Shown one piece after another: positions 1 to 13,700 of a DNA stretch of 64,000 nt (position 1 is its first letter; each line of letters starts with the position of its first letter). The notes under the pieces are model-generated. The model was not told the origin of the DNA. It worked only from the letters and a program-made list of their open reading frames with translations, and searched no databases. Both the position numbers and the translations under genes were made by a program. This DNA is from Callorhinchus milii (taxonomy: Eukaryota), in the NCBI RefSeq assembly GCF_018977255.1, contig NW_024704767.1:7068001-7132000 (forward strand). Reading direction: 5' to 3'.

Positions 1-3000
1 AGCCAGCAAATCTTCTGTGCTCGTCTTTTGTGTGCTATGTATCCCCAGAAATACCACTCTTCCTTGGCACTTATACCACATGTGGTGCCAATGCCCACTT
101 AATACATTTCATGAAAATGATTTGACAAAAAAGAACAAGAGTCATTGTTAGGAATTAGTTCCGCTGTAAATGATTTGTATTTCACCTCAGTTAGTATTTA
201 AAATATCTAATCATTTCCCTTTTTAGCTACTTATCTAACGACAGTGCATGATACAGACAGAATGCTGAATGAGGGATTATGGTTACAATTTATAAACCAT
301 TAGAGACATTGATAATAATTCACCAGTCAGATTTGAAACTCATGAGTTATCAGATCATCTCATTTGTGCACTACAAATCTTCTCTCATGACTTCTCATCA
401 TGGACCTCCTATATATCAGAATAAAGCTGATGTCTTGGAAATTGCAGACGAGAATTGTAATATAGTATAAACCGCTTATGGTAGACTTATTAGTACAAAT
501 ATGATTTGTCTGATGCAACTTGTAGAGTTTAGTCCTGCCCTAAGGACCAGCTAGGAGGCCTGGCTTGTTCTGATAAAGCAATAAATCTTTTATAACAGTT
601 TTTGGTTAAAACACAAACATTATGTAAAATACATTGCGTCTAATGGTAAACAGACTCATCACAAATATGGAGCACAATATGAACAGCAACTACAACCGCT
701 GACACACATTAACATAAGATACACAAAACCACTGCTGGAAGTGAAGCTTTTTTTTGTAAACTGTCCACATAGCAAATTACTGCATCGAGTAGAGAAAATG
801 TGAATGTTAGCAAGAAGTCTGCTGCTACCATGTATCTCAGTTATGGCCAGCAATAGGAAAATGTGAACCAAGGTGGTTGTTAATGGCTAACAGCAACCTA
901 AAACCCAAAAGTAAGAGAGATACATCTACACTGAGCACAATCAACACCATACATTCTTGCAGCTTTCTTGGTTTTCAGCAAGAGGAGGACAAATAATACC
1001 AGTAACAATAGCACTGTGTGTTTAGATTAGTTTTGCTCATCTCCACACATTGGCTGAGTTTTAATGGAAGAAATTAAAATAAACTGCCATTAATTCTATG
1101 ATCATTGCAGGCTCATCTGAAGCACTTTTCATAAGGAAGAAGTAGGTTTGTTGTTTTGGAAAACCCAATAAATAATAATAATAATAATCCTTGCTATCAT
1201 GGCATTGACAAGTCTCAAAGTCCTTCACAGAATGAATGTATTGTAAAGTGAATTGACTGTGTATTTTGTAGGTGTACAATAAGTGTATTTGCGGCATTTA
1301 GTCTCTGAAGTATAAACTGTAAATACAGTCCTGTACCCAAATGGTTGGGTGCCCAAAGCACACACATTGTTTTCCAGAGCTCCCATTACACAACCTGTTA
1401 TGGAATAAATGGCAGAAGTTATTGCTGCCCAACTATTATGGAGATTTACTGTATACATTTTATCTCCAGGTAAATTGCTGTGAAACGTTTTTCCATTGAA
1501 CTAGAATCAGTGAACAAAGGCTATATAACAGAAAGTTGGCAGCTCATTGTGTAAAATTCTTGATGCTGTAGTTCACTGCAAAAGAGAAGTAGGTCATTTT
1601 CTAGCATTGAAGGTTGCTTCCTGGAAAACTCAAGTGATGAAATTTGTTTAAGCACAGAGGGTACTGCAAAAACACTCTGCCATGGAGTGATGGAGAGTGT
1701 TGTGTATCATAATAATAATAATAATCCTTGCATTTGATATAACGCCTTGTCACATTTTCAAGACATCTCAAAGCGCTTCACAGAATATACTGTAAAGTGA
1801 ACTGACTGTATATTTTGCGGGTGAAAGCAAAAATTCCTTATGAGTACACAACACCAAAGTCAGGAGATCTACCTACAAGAGTGCAAATTTGCTTGCGAGA
1901 TGGGTAAATAAACAAATAATAATCAGCCTCTCTGTATTCAAAGAAATAAATTGTTTCATTCCCCACCAACATAAAGTGCTGATGTAAAGCTGACGCTTAA
2001 ATTCTCATCCATTTGTCTTCAAAACATTGAACATTTGTCTTCAAAACATTTTTCAGCCAGAAATGTCCGCATTACATTTCTGTTATGCGCTTTTCAGACT
2101 CTAAGGTTAACGTTAATTTATGATATCAAGTTCTGGCTGGTTCTAGCAAGGTCAACAGATGTCATTATCCAGTGAATCACCTCTTAGACTGAATCCAAAA
2201 GAGTGCTAAATGATTCAAGAATTCCTTGGAATCCTACAGATGTAATCAGGTCATGTTGCTGCAACAAGATACTACCGTATACTTTAAATTATCATAAATT
2301 ATTTATATATTTAAGTAGCTATTTGATCTGCATTGGTAATCTGCAAAGAGGAAACTGGAAATAGAAGATGTAAACTCACGGACTGCAACTTCCGCAAGAT
2401 TTATATATTTTTTCTTTTCATTACGGTGAAATAGTACACGATAAAGTACAATAATGGTTCCACAACAAGTATGCCCGTAAAATGAGTAAGAGCATGTTGA
2501 GCAAAAAAATCAGTTAACAGTAGCAAAATATTAACATGGTTCTGTGATTCATCATCCCAGTACAGAGTTCTAACACTAAAGTGATATAATTTAATGTTTG
2601 TCATCCTTAAGACAACTAAGCATCAGTACTGAGTGAACTGGCTCTGAAGAGAAATTCCTCGTTAAAGCTGTGGCAAGTGATTTCCAAGGAGGGAGTCACT
2701 AGAGCACTGTCCAAGAATTAGTTGCTCATATATCAAATCTGAGAGAAATTGCTTTAGCTAAACGGTATGCATAAACATAAATGTAGTTTACTCAATCAAG
2801 CTTTATCCATTTGCATGAAATTTTAAAATATGGAGAAGGCTTCTTTTCATCAATCAAAAACGACAGTTACAGTTTTGTAATTTACTGTACTAAAATCCAT
2901 TAACTCGGCAACTTGCACTCTCCACCATATCAGAGGAAATAAGTGATGGTGTTGGTTTTGCAACTTTTCATATGTGGAACATTACTTATTAGTTTTGCGT

Positions 3001-3168
3001 TTGGGGACAAGGGGCATTTTTTATTTAAAAAAAGGCATTTTCTTTCCTTTAACCCAGTTGGGATTTGCATAGCCTTATTTTTTTGGAAACCCATCTTCAT
3101 AGCATTAGTCACCCTTAGCTTAGAGGGTAGGTGGGTCAGAAATATGAGATAAGAGTGGAGTAAGTATA

Positions 3169-4216
3169 TACAGAGCATCCATCATCTATGCAAATCCTAA
3201 GACTTCCATCCTTTCCACAGTATAAGTATACTGTATTTGTAGGCCATTGTGGCAGCCACATCCCAAAACAGCAAGAGCAGAATGACCAAATCATCTGTAG
3301 GATTGATGGTCAGGACACCACGTAAAACTCCCTTCTCTTTATCAATAATGTCATGGTATATTTAACTCCCTGGCAGATGGGGCCCCATTTAACATTCTCA
3401 TCCAAAGCACTCGAGTGCAGACTTGAAATGTCACTTGATGCCAGTGGCAGTTCTAAGTTCTGATGGCTCCAATTGTGGAATCAAGCTTTTTTAAAACAAA
3501 TGCTGCATGCTGTCTTTAGCTAGGGAGCAAGTGGACAAAGTTCCTTTCCTGGGAGAAGGAAGAGAGCAAAATAGGGAGGGCGGAAAAAAATGAGCTGCAA
3601 TAAAGATAGATAAATAAACAGTTGGCAACAGAAACAGAGACTGAATAAATTCTAACACTAGCAATTACTGTAATTTCTTACTTGTTTGTAATGGGATTCT
3701 CCACACACGCAATATTGTTAAAATGTTCATGGGTCTCCTGACTGCCGCCATATTGCATTATTAATAATCATAATATTTGCAGTTGTTACAACGCCTTTCA
3801 CGTCGGGAAGACTTATAGCATTAAGTTGGAAGTGGCGTTGCTGCCAGGGCCAGAAACAGGGAGCCAATACCATAGTCAGCGAAGGGCCAAGAGGGACATT
3901 TATCCTCATGTCAGAATTGCGTGAAAATTCAGAGGAATATACATCTTCCCTTTAATTAATGTGCTTTTTTTTAGTTGGCTGACCCGAAATACATAAAGAG
4001 TCTGGTGGCAATGTTTGTGTTGGAGTGAAACACTCAAATCCTTCCCCATGATGGGTCAGATGGGATCAAAAGAAATCAATCAGGCCATCTGAAGCTCCAA
4101 TCCAAAAGTGTTGCCGAACTGCCCAGACTCTTACAGAAGTTAATTTCCTCAAGCATGTACAGAGCATCCATCATCTATGCAAATCCTAAGACTTCCACCC
4201 TTTCCATGGTATAAGT
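3169..4216 (+). repeat. 59-bp dispersed direct repeat (3169-3227 and 4158-4216)
   Basis: TACAGAGCATCCATCATCTATGCAAATCCTAAGACTTCCA.CCTTTCCA..GTATAAGT occurs twice with 3 mismatches. Confidence 0.9.
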
Positions 4217-7200
4217 GATTACAAAGTGATTTGTTTTTAAACTTTATTGTGTAGGATGACTTGGGTGCACAAGTTCTTTATGCCTTAGCGAGTGGCTTTT
4301 AGAATTTCCCTACATCAGATCGGATCTCTCTAGGGGTTTGTTGTATTGAACTCTTGACAGATCGATCAGTCTTACGCTGGAGCTTCAGCACAGCAGCTAA
4401 TTTACATGAAAGTGAATGAAGCCTGAAGTAATGCATCACTCACATTGAAATTCGTGTTACTCTAATCTATGAGCACCAGATGGTTGCTCAGCTATTGGTC
4501 AACCTAGCTACGGAACGGAGACAAGCTGTTCAATCTAATTAATTTATATTAAAACATTTACAAAATATTACCTGGACAGGTAGCTCTATTATATTGTTAA
4601 GAAGTACTGACCTGGAAAATTAAATGCTACACACCAAAGCATATAGAAACACAGCTTATCTACAGATATATGGAAGATAAAAGATATTCAGGTGAGGAAC
4701 ACCCTTCTGAATCATTACTGTGCAATTCATTTCAAATCTATTTACCTAGGAATATACATACCTACATCGATCAGATGCACTGTCAATGGCACTGGTGACT
4801 GGCTGGTACTCATATCAGGCATACATATACAGAGGGAAGACAGCGTAAAGTAATGCAGTGCTAACTTTCTGGACCATAATTCAAAGTAATTAATAAAGGA
4901 TATAAAACAATGATATTTATACATTTCAGAGCAGAAGAGTAGAGCACAACTGTTCTTTGTTATACTGGATCTCAACAATGTATTGACCATACCTAGAGTA
5001 CTATGATTTGGTGAAGATAAGAGAAGCAATGCCAATCCCAAGTTTAAAAGAAATGCGTTATCAACAATGATTAAACATTAGAGAAAGAGTGAACCTGGAA
5101 TATTCAACTTGAACCAGGAATGTAAGGCTAGAGATTAATACTGTTGAAAAACAGTTTTGAAACAGATATTAGGAAGGACTAGTTTTACTCTAATGATAAC
5201 AGTTTGGAAAAATCTGCCAGACAGGACAGTGAGGGTAACACACTTTAGGAACTATTATACTGCTCTGGGTAATCTAGGGGAGTAGAGGACTGAGGTTTGT
5301 TAGCTGATGGATTCTTTCTTATTCTTGATGTTTCTTACACCCTGTAGTTAAAGCAAGGAAAGTTATTTCAGTGACCCATTGGGTAAATGCATTGTGTTGT
5401 GATGCTGAGATATGCAAAACATTAAGATTTCAATTTTAAACCTTATGTGTGCTGAAACAGTTGGTCTCATCCAGTGCTACAATTGATTTCAGCATCATAA
5501 AGAAAAATCTTTGCTTCCAGGAGAAACATATGTGTGAGATTAGCGAGGGACAGAATTGGGCTCAGCTATAGTAGCCTCATGATCAAATCGGCTGCCTAGG
5601 CTTATTGAGTGTGAGGTTCCAAAGTCCTCCCACAAGTAACGCGTTATATGCATGAATGGTACACAGCAATTTTGGCCTAAAACATTTCAATTATTTATGT
5701 AATTGAAATGTGGCTGTTTGATTCATACGTCAGAGCTTTGACTGGTGGCAGTGAAAAAGGGTCACTAATGGAAATGGCCTCACCTGTCCCAGAAATTGCA
5801 TGGAGGCACATGGCCTTCAATAAATGTGTCCTAATGTAATACCATAACACAGCAAACACCCCTTGGTCCAGCTAACACACATTTTTAGCTGTCCTATTAT
5901 GTGACTTTTATATTACACGTCATGTAGCACATAAATCACCAACAGATTATTGCAACCTGCAGTGATTTAGGACTGAAGACAGATCTCAATCTTTGGTTAG
6001 AACTAAGAGTGTGTGCTTCTTTTGTGATCCAGGCACAATTTTGTGCAGTAGCAATATTTTTTCAGCACCATATGGTTTAGCGTTGACTATGATATTCCTG
6101 GTTGAAAATAATGTGATCCAAATGATAAAAGTTAACAGAGCAAAACAATTTTTTAAATGCAGCATTTTCTTTGTAATTTATCCATTGTGTGAAAGAACAA
6201 GTTTCTTTACTCACTAATAAGTGGGAGTGCTATTACACTTATGAAATCTTCCTCTTCATTATCATCTTCTATTCATCTACAGTTGTCCCTTCCTCACATT
6301 TATGAAAAGAATTAAATGCATAAAGCTGTGTGTTGCCTTGAATTTTTTCAGATCTAAGAGATTATTGCTTCCCTTGAGATGAAGGATGGTTAGAAAGTGC
6401 CTACCCTCTTTCAAAATTAATTGAGTAGATTAAATGTAACAAATATAATAATTTTGCTATATGTTGCGTTCTCATATTAGCAATTAATCATAAGCTATGT
6501 TTGCAAAGTTGGACAGACATGAGTTACACAACATTTTGCAGAGTTGTTCTTTTCTATATTTGCCTTTCCAGATATTTACATGCTTCAACCTCAAGCTCAC
6601 ATTACATCATTGCTATAAACTTTATGGAAATATCAACAGTTCACATTTGCATCAAAGTGTGTAAGAAGGATATTTAAATTTAAAAAGTATGTAACTAATA
6701 AAGGTTATCATGCGCAGCATGATCTGTTCCTTACATGGTATGTTGAATTTACCCACTCTATATTCTGCAGTAAAGTTCTGAGTGGATACTCACTAATCCC
6801 CGAAGGTAATCAATCAAAACCTTCAATCTTCATCATTGTACACTACCTGGCTCTGCCCCACCAATCCAAGTACCAGCAGTGCTAACTTTGCATTCAACTC
6901 CATACAATGTCTGTGGCTTTATATGTAAAGAAGGAATAAAGACCAACATTCCTGTTTTCAGTGATAATATTTATGGTTGGCAAAAATGGAATGAGCAAAT
7001 GGAGCGCTGAGTGTAAAATATGATTCCAAAGGCATTGACAACAGGAAAGCACTCTTCATACGTTGCAATTACTGTACTTTAGTTGCCAGTTGCTTTCCGG
7101 TGTGAGTGTGCTTTACAGACTGTGCAGAGTGACAAGAAAAGTTGCTGAAAGTTTTGAAGCTTTAAATACTGTTGTTTTTATCTAATATTTAAACTACAAA

Positions 7201-7708
7201 AGTTACCCAGCCTTTTTCTTTAGACCTATAGATAGATTTAAATTTCACGTAGATTAATACTCTAGTTTATTCACATTCGTTATTTAGCTTTCTTTAATAG
7301 AATTTTATTATTTTATATGGTTTGACCCAAGGTACTATATTCATAGAAATTACAGCACAGAAGGTCAGTCGTTAGCCCACCCCACCTATCCAATTCTCTG
7401 CTCTCTGCCTCTCTCCTTTTATATTGTCCCTATTCAATTAATTTTCAATTCCCTTTTAAATACTATGATCTTAGCTTTTGATAGCACCATGGCAAAGCAT
7501 CCATTTTCTAATAACCCTTGTGTGAAAACGTTTTGCGAATCTTCCCCTTAATTCTTCTTAACACAGTAAAAAAAATTAAGCACTCAATAGAACAGAGCTC
7601 TAAATTAAATGCTACACGCTCCCCATTTCCAAAATAAAAAAAAAACACTTAACAATTTGAATCGGTGCCAAACACTCTGAAGCTATAGTGAGCAATGTGG
7701 TCACTCAC

Positions 7709-10700
7709 CGGAGGATTTCTTTGCGGGCAAAGAAGGTGCAGTCCTGCAAGAGAAAACAACAGCAGCTTTAGTCCAACGAGTAGTTATAATATGCAAACAT
7801 TTTACTTTTATACAGGGCCTTTCACATCATGTTGAGGACTTCTGAAAGTGTTCACTATACACAGAGAGTCATCTATAACCTCACTTTACATTGCAACGGA
7901 CACTTGAATATCAGAATTACAAGCAGAGATTATTAACATCATAATCACAGCCTATCCGTAACACAAAATGTGTTTTTTTTTAACAAATAAAGATTTCAGA
8001 TTTTTTTCAGTCGAGTTCTGATAAACGCAAAAGTGGTCTGCCAAGAAACACCGTTGCCAGTTTGCTGTGCTTTGTCCTGCAGCCACATGTTTTATTCTGG
8101 AATTTAATTTAATTAGAAACAGCAGAAAACACTCACTAAATTCTTCATTTAAAAAAAACCATTTGGACGTGGAGAATATGGTATTTGGTAGTTTGTTTGA
8201 CAAACCCTGAGCATTTTAAAATAGGTTTAAAATAAAATTCAACCATCCCCCACTATACACATGGAGGTATTAGGAAACAAGCAATTTGCCTTACCCCAAG
8301 TTTCTCCATGTAAAGATTAAAGTTAAATCCAATCCAGTATAATTTATGGTGGGCTCTTCAACCACAGGGGAAAATCTTCAAACACACCTGGCTGATTTTC
8401 TCATTTCACTTGTCCAAAGAGTCTGAGACCAATTGTAGCCATCACGACTGAAATCAATGCTAGGCCAGACCAGAGGTCATTTAGTAAGGCACAGCACCAC
8501 TCTCAATGGTATGTTTACCCACAGAGACAGCAGGGAACCAAACACTTATTATTCTGTAATATTCTGTATCTCATAATTTTTTAAAACCGATAAAACTGAT
8601 GGGAAATCAATGATAATACTGGAAGAATTGCGCGGCTGTTTATTCAGCAATATCTAAGCATGGCTAACATTTCGGAATAATTGAAAAATAAATGAAAGAA
8701 GAGGTTAAAAGTGCGATTCCTTTGAATCACTATTTGTCATGATGTCAATCTGTGAAAACCAGGGCAAAAAGAGTTAAAGGGAAAATATTTTCTTCTAATA
8801 GCAACAGAGTGATGAATACTGCAAAGAGAAATATCTGTAATGCTTATCGGCGTCCCATTATTCCTGTGTTCTTTATATTTTTAAATTGCTGGGAGCAGGT
8901 GTATGTAGTAGAATTTCCAAGTGACATTGTCACTCACAGCATGCTCCTCGATTCACGATGTCAGTGGAGGCTCTAGTTTAAGTTTACAGTTACCTCCTCC
9001 ATAACATTTAGGATTATGTAGTAAAACAGCCAAATACACGGTATTTCCACTTTAAATACTCCCAAAAGAAAAATGTGTGACATGCCATTTATGTCACGGG
9101 CCGGCAGATAAATTGTCTCATCAATATCGATGATGGCTCCCATTCATCACAAAGAAAATAATTTGCAAATACTTCCCATAGGGACGTATTCAATTTTATA
9201 AGACTGTGCAAGCGATTTTCCACCTGTCTGTAATTTTGCTGCCAAACTACCTTCTCCCATAAATGCAATACTAAGCCTAACATCCGACATTGAAATAAAT
9301 GTAGACCCTGTTTTTATTTTTCAGCATGAGTTCAAAAAAGTAATTATGTTTTTATGTCACTAACTCAACAAATCTTATTTATTTACAAGGTCACACTTAG
9401 AGCAGAAAGTGGCCAATCCAACAAGATGATAATAAAATAATAGAGCACCATTTATTCTTTATGGTACCCATTGTGCTTTTACAATAGAATACAATTTAAT
9501 GCTTTTGGTGGAGAAATACAATTAATGGGAGGTTTAGCTACTCAAGTAGGGGCTATCACAAGATAATTTCAAGAACCAGGGTCTACAGGAAAGATACTTT
9601 GCCAAATGGAGGACCACCTTATAAAGTTATAAAGATGCAGCAGTATGTGGGACATGAGCTGCTCTATTATTGATTGTACACTTTTTCTTTGTTCTGAGTC
9701 ATTCAAATTAGCTAGGAGGGATGTTGTGAGCATGAGGTAAAGTACTGGGTTCACCTAAATTTAAGAGGTGGCTGATGCATTGCTTGGGAAGCTTATAAAC
9801 ATCAACCACTTCAATGAATAGGGATACAACAGCATTTTTTTGCTTTGCTTGTGTGTGGTCAACTGCACTCACATGGAACAAAGGCGGCAAAAGCCCATCC
9901 ATTGTGTATATCAGCCATAAAGGCTCAATATGCGGGTGGTCCATAAAGCACAAAGGAAGATCTTACATGTGAATACCCAATCCCCCAAACCATTGCACTC
10001 TTCTCTATTTTTGAGCAAAATGCAAGGCTGGTCATTGAAATATGGGGCTATACATTATAGGCTAAATACATAGTCTAAGAACCTCTTGAAGGGCCTAGAT
10101 ACATAAGCAGAATATAGGTAAAAAGGGGTGAAAATTATGCTCAATTATAGAGCAAATATATGGTTTCTTGAAGTAACAATTTCAGTTCCTCGATTGCTTA
10201 GCGATGAGTTTCCCAAATGTGAGCCAGTCAAAATATATGGAATGGATATGTTATGCTGCATGCTACACGACGCAAGCATTCAGAGGACTCTCCACTTTAA
10301 AATCAATTATGATATGATTGGAAGTATGTAGAACTGAAGGCTTCCAACAGTCTATAACACCAAAGTTCAAGTAGAAATGGCACAATAGGCCACCTACAAT
10401 CAGATTGTCTTTGATTTAAATTACAGGAAACCTCTGGGAAAGGGAGAAAATTCATGGTCTGACTGATACAAGGTCAAATGCGATTACTGATCACACTGAC
10501 CTTGCATCCACATAAATTATTACGCATCAATATATATAGTGGGTGTGGGATTAAATAAATCATCCACCATCGGACAAATTGTCCAATTCATCCATTCCTG
10601 TTTCATGAATCAATCCTCTATACCAGCTAAATGTCAATGTTAACAGAGGGAACAAATGCAAGGATGGTGATTAAAATGAATTCACTACATTTATTGAAAG

Positions 10701-13700
10701 AATATTAAATATATTTACTGTGTGCACAGTTTTCCCGCATAAAATTGATATGCTTTTTCTCATCCTGTACTTGTTCAGCCAACTGAAACTCTATACCATC
10801 TGTGCTTCGTGATTACTCATGTGGTTCTGATTCACTAACTTATTATTTAATCTGTATACGTAGTGCTGACTGATAGTGTTGTCATATAGCGTTCAGCACT
10901 TTGGGACGTCCTCCTGACGTGAAAGGTGCTTCTATAAATGTAATTTTGTTGTTGTTGTGCGCGTAGTGTTTGTTGTGTTGTGTTCTGCAGTAGTCCTCCG
11001 CGCTCCAGTTGGTCCATGTTTACTTCTGGAGAGAAAAAATGTATGTTTTACTAGGCCAACGCTCGTATTTCATTTTCCAGTTAAAGGTATTAAAATAATA
11101 ATAAATAATAATAAACCTTGCATTTCATAAAGTGCCTTTCACACGGGGTAGGACACTTCAGAGCACTTCAAAGAATTCACTGTAAAGTGTAGCAACTATG
11201 TATTTTGTAGGCAAACACTGCAGATAATTTGCAAATTTCACCAACAAAATACAGTCAATCCACTTTACAATATATTCTACAAAACGCAAAATACTGCAGA
11301 TGGTGGAAATCTGAAACTAAAACAGAAGTCGATGGGAACACTCAGCAGGTCAGGCACATCTATGGAGAAAGGAAAGTGAGTCAACGCTTCAGGTCCACTG
11401 AGTGTGCCCAGTGACACTATGTTTGTTACAATATATAGGTAAGGGTAAGGGTATCAAGGGATATGGGACAAAAGTGGGTAATTGGAGTTGAAGTACATAT
11501 CAGCCACGATCTAATAGAATGACGGAACAGGGTCAAGGAACTGAATGGCCTACTTCTGTTCCTATGTTCTGTGAAGCACTTTGAGATGTTTCAGCGATGT
11601 GATAAGGCGCTATATCAAATGCAAGAATTATTATTATTATTAAATTATAAATGACCAATTTGTATTGCTCACGTGATAGAACTAAAAGAAGCTGTTGAAA
11701 ATAAATCAAACAATCATAGGTTTTGGTGCACTTTATTCTGACAGATCAAATATTGTATTCATTGATATGTCATAGCCAACATCACAAAGATGGGACAAAA
11801 CTAATTAGGTGTATTAGTGGATAGTCGCATAACAGTACAAGTAGACTCTTTAGACTTTCAAAGCCAAACAGCTGAACTAATTTTCCAAGCTATGTGAGCA
11901 CTTTTAGTTCCTGTGGCTCCCATTCATCTTCTTGGGCCAGAGATGCAATTCATTTTTTTTCTTTGCTAGTGTTCTTTAATGACCTATTGTATATTATTAA
12001 TGTATACTACCTCCTCATTAGCTACTTGCTGCAGTTAAATGTACAATTCTCATATCAGGCATGACAAAATCTCTGGCTGTACAGTTGATGTGTAGCAGAT
12101 GGGAGATTGCTAATGATCATTCGGTGGATTTAAACTACCTGAAGAATTACATCCTTAAATAACTTAAAGCAAGTGCACCATGGCAATTACCCAATAAAAT
12201 AATTAAAATCCCATATAAAATTAGTGGCATTTTAAAAAATCTCTGATAACTTCTGCATTAAACCGGAACAGAGAAATTTAAACCACTACAGACAAATACT
12301 AAGATTTGTTGCAAAACACTGATATACAGTGTAAGGAGTGAAAGCAATCGTAAACCACTTCAATTAATGAAACAGAAGTCAACACAGACATTATGTCAGG
12401 ATTATTTAAGACGTATAGTATTTCAAGATAAGCTGTTATGCCTACTTGTGAATTATTAAGCTCCTCTGCATCTCAATGAATCCTGTAAGTTCTTCTATTC
12501 TTTCTGTAGCATACTGCATGGCAATATTGTATTACATCGGCACAGAAGGATCTTTCCTTGTTGTCCCACTGACAGTAATAATGATGGCTATAACTGTGCA
12601 AATTGAAATGAGAGCCAGATAATGAACCATTCAATTACTGAAGCATGCATTATGAAATCATAAGTATCTTGGTGACACGTATCTGTTGACAAACTACAGC
12701 TTGTTTACTTACACCTGCCCACCCACACCCCAGTAGTAAAACTGCAGGAGTTCATAATGTACTGGTTTGGTTGGCATCATTTTGTCTATTTTTGCAAGGC
12801 TGCTACCACAATTTGGGTTCTAAATAATATTCATTCACTCTGATTTTCACTAGGCAACATTTTATAAATTACTGTTGTGAATATTTATTAGATAGTATTA
12901 TACTTTACAGAACAGAAAATAATCTATAGGATATTTTTAGTACCATCATTAGAATCCTTGAATGTTCTAGCTGCTTTTGAAGTTGACAAATAGGGAGTTT
13001 TCATTAAGAAAACAGCAGGAATGCCAAAAGCTCAGCTGCACTTGTGTAATACCAAGTGAAAAAAACATAAATGTATTGATTTTTTCAAGATTCTTTTGTC
13101 CATTTTTTCTCGTTCACTATTGCTATCAATCAGCGCAGATATATTTAGTACTTGGTGATGATTTATATTGTTCCATATTTTTCATAGTTAATGAGGATGA
13201 TGTGAATTTATTGCTGCAAATAGCATTGCATGGTATGAGTTCAATCGGTATTCCAGAAAAAAATAGAAATAAATGTGCAGTTTTCTACTGGTGGGCAGGA
13301 AGGTTAAAAGACAGAACAGCACTCAATTAGGGGCAGGTCATTCATTATGCTAGGAACGCTCAGATGGCCCAACTATGTTTCCCTTTGTTGGATCAAAATT
13401 CAGTGTAAAGTATCTCAGATCTTCTGTTTGTCACCTCTTGACCACATCTTTGTCCTTCAACCAGACAGTGAGCAACTCATTAATGAAGGGTCGATAGGTT
13501 CTTTGCCTCTGTCAGTTCTGCTTTACCACCATTTACCACCATTGGTGTGTAAAGTCCGGTATCTGTGTTATCACAGTCAGTGCCCAGAGCAGCGCAAAGT
13601 GAGTTGATATAATGCCTTATCATGTCTTCGAAACGTCTCAAAGTGCTTCACAGAATATACTGTAAAGTGAATTGACTGTATATTTTGTGGGCTAAGTTAA

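Noticed and set aside
1-7700. Search for CIB2 exon 3 and later exons
   Set aside because: No minus-strand segment resembling the next CIB2 peptide was recognised; the short ORFs here lack identifiable similarity.
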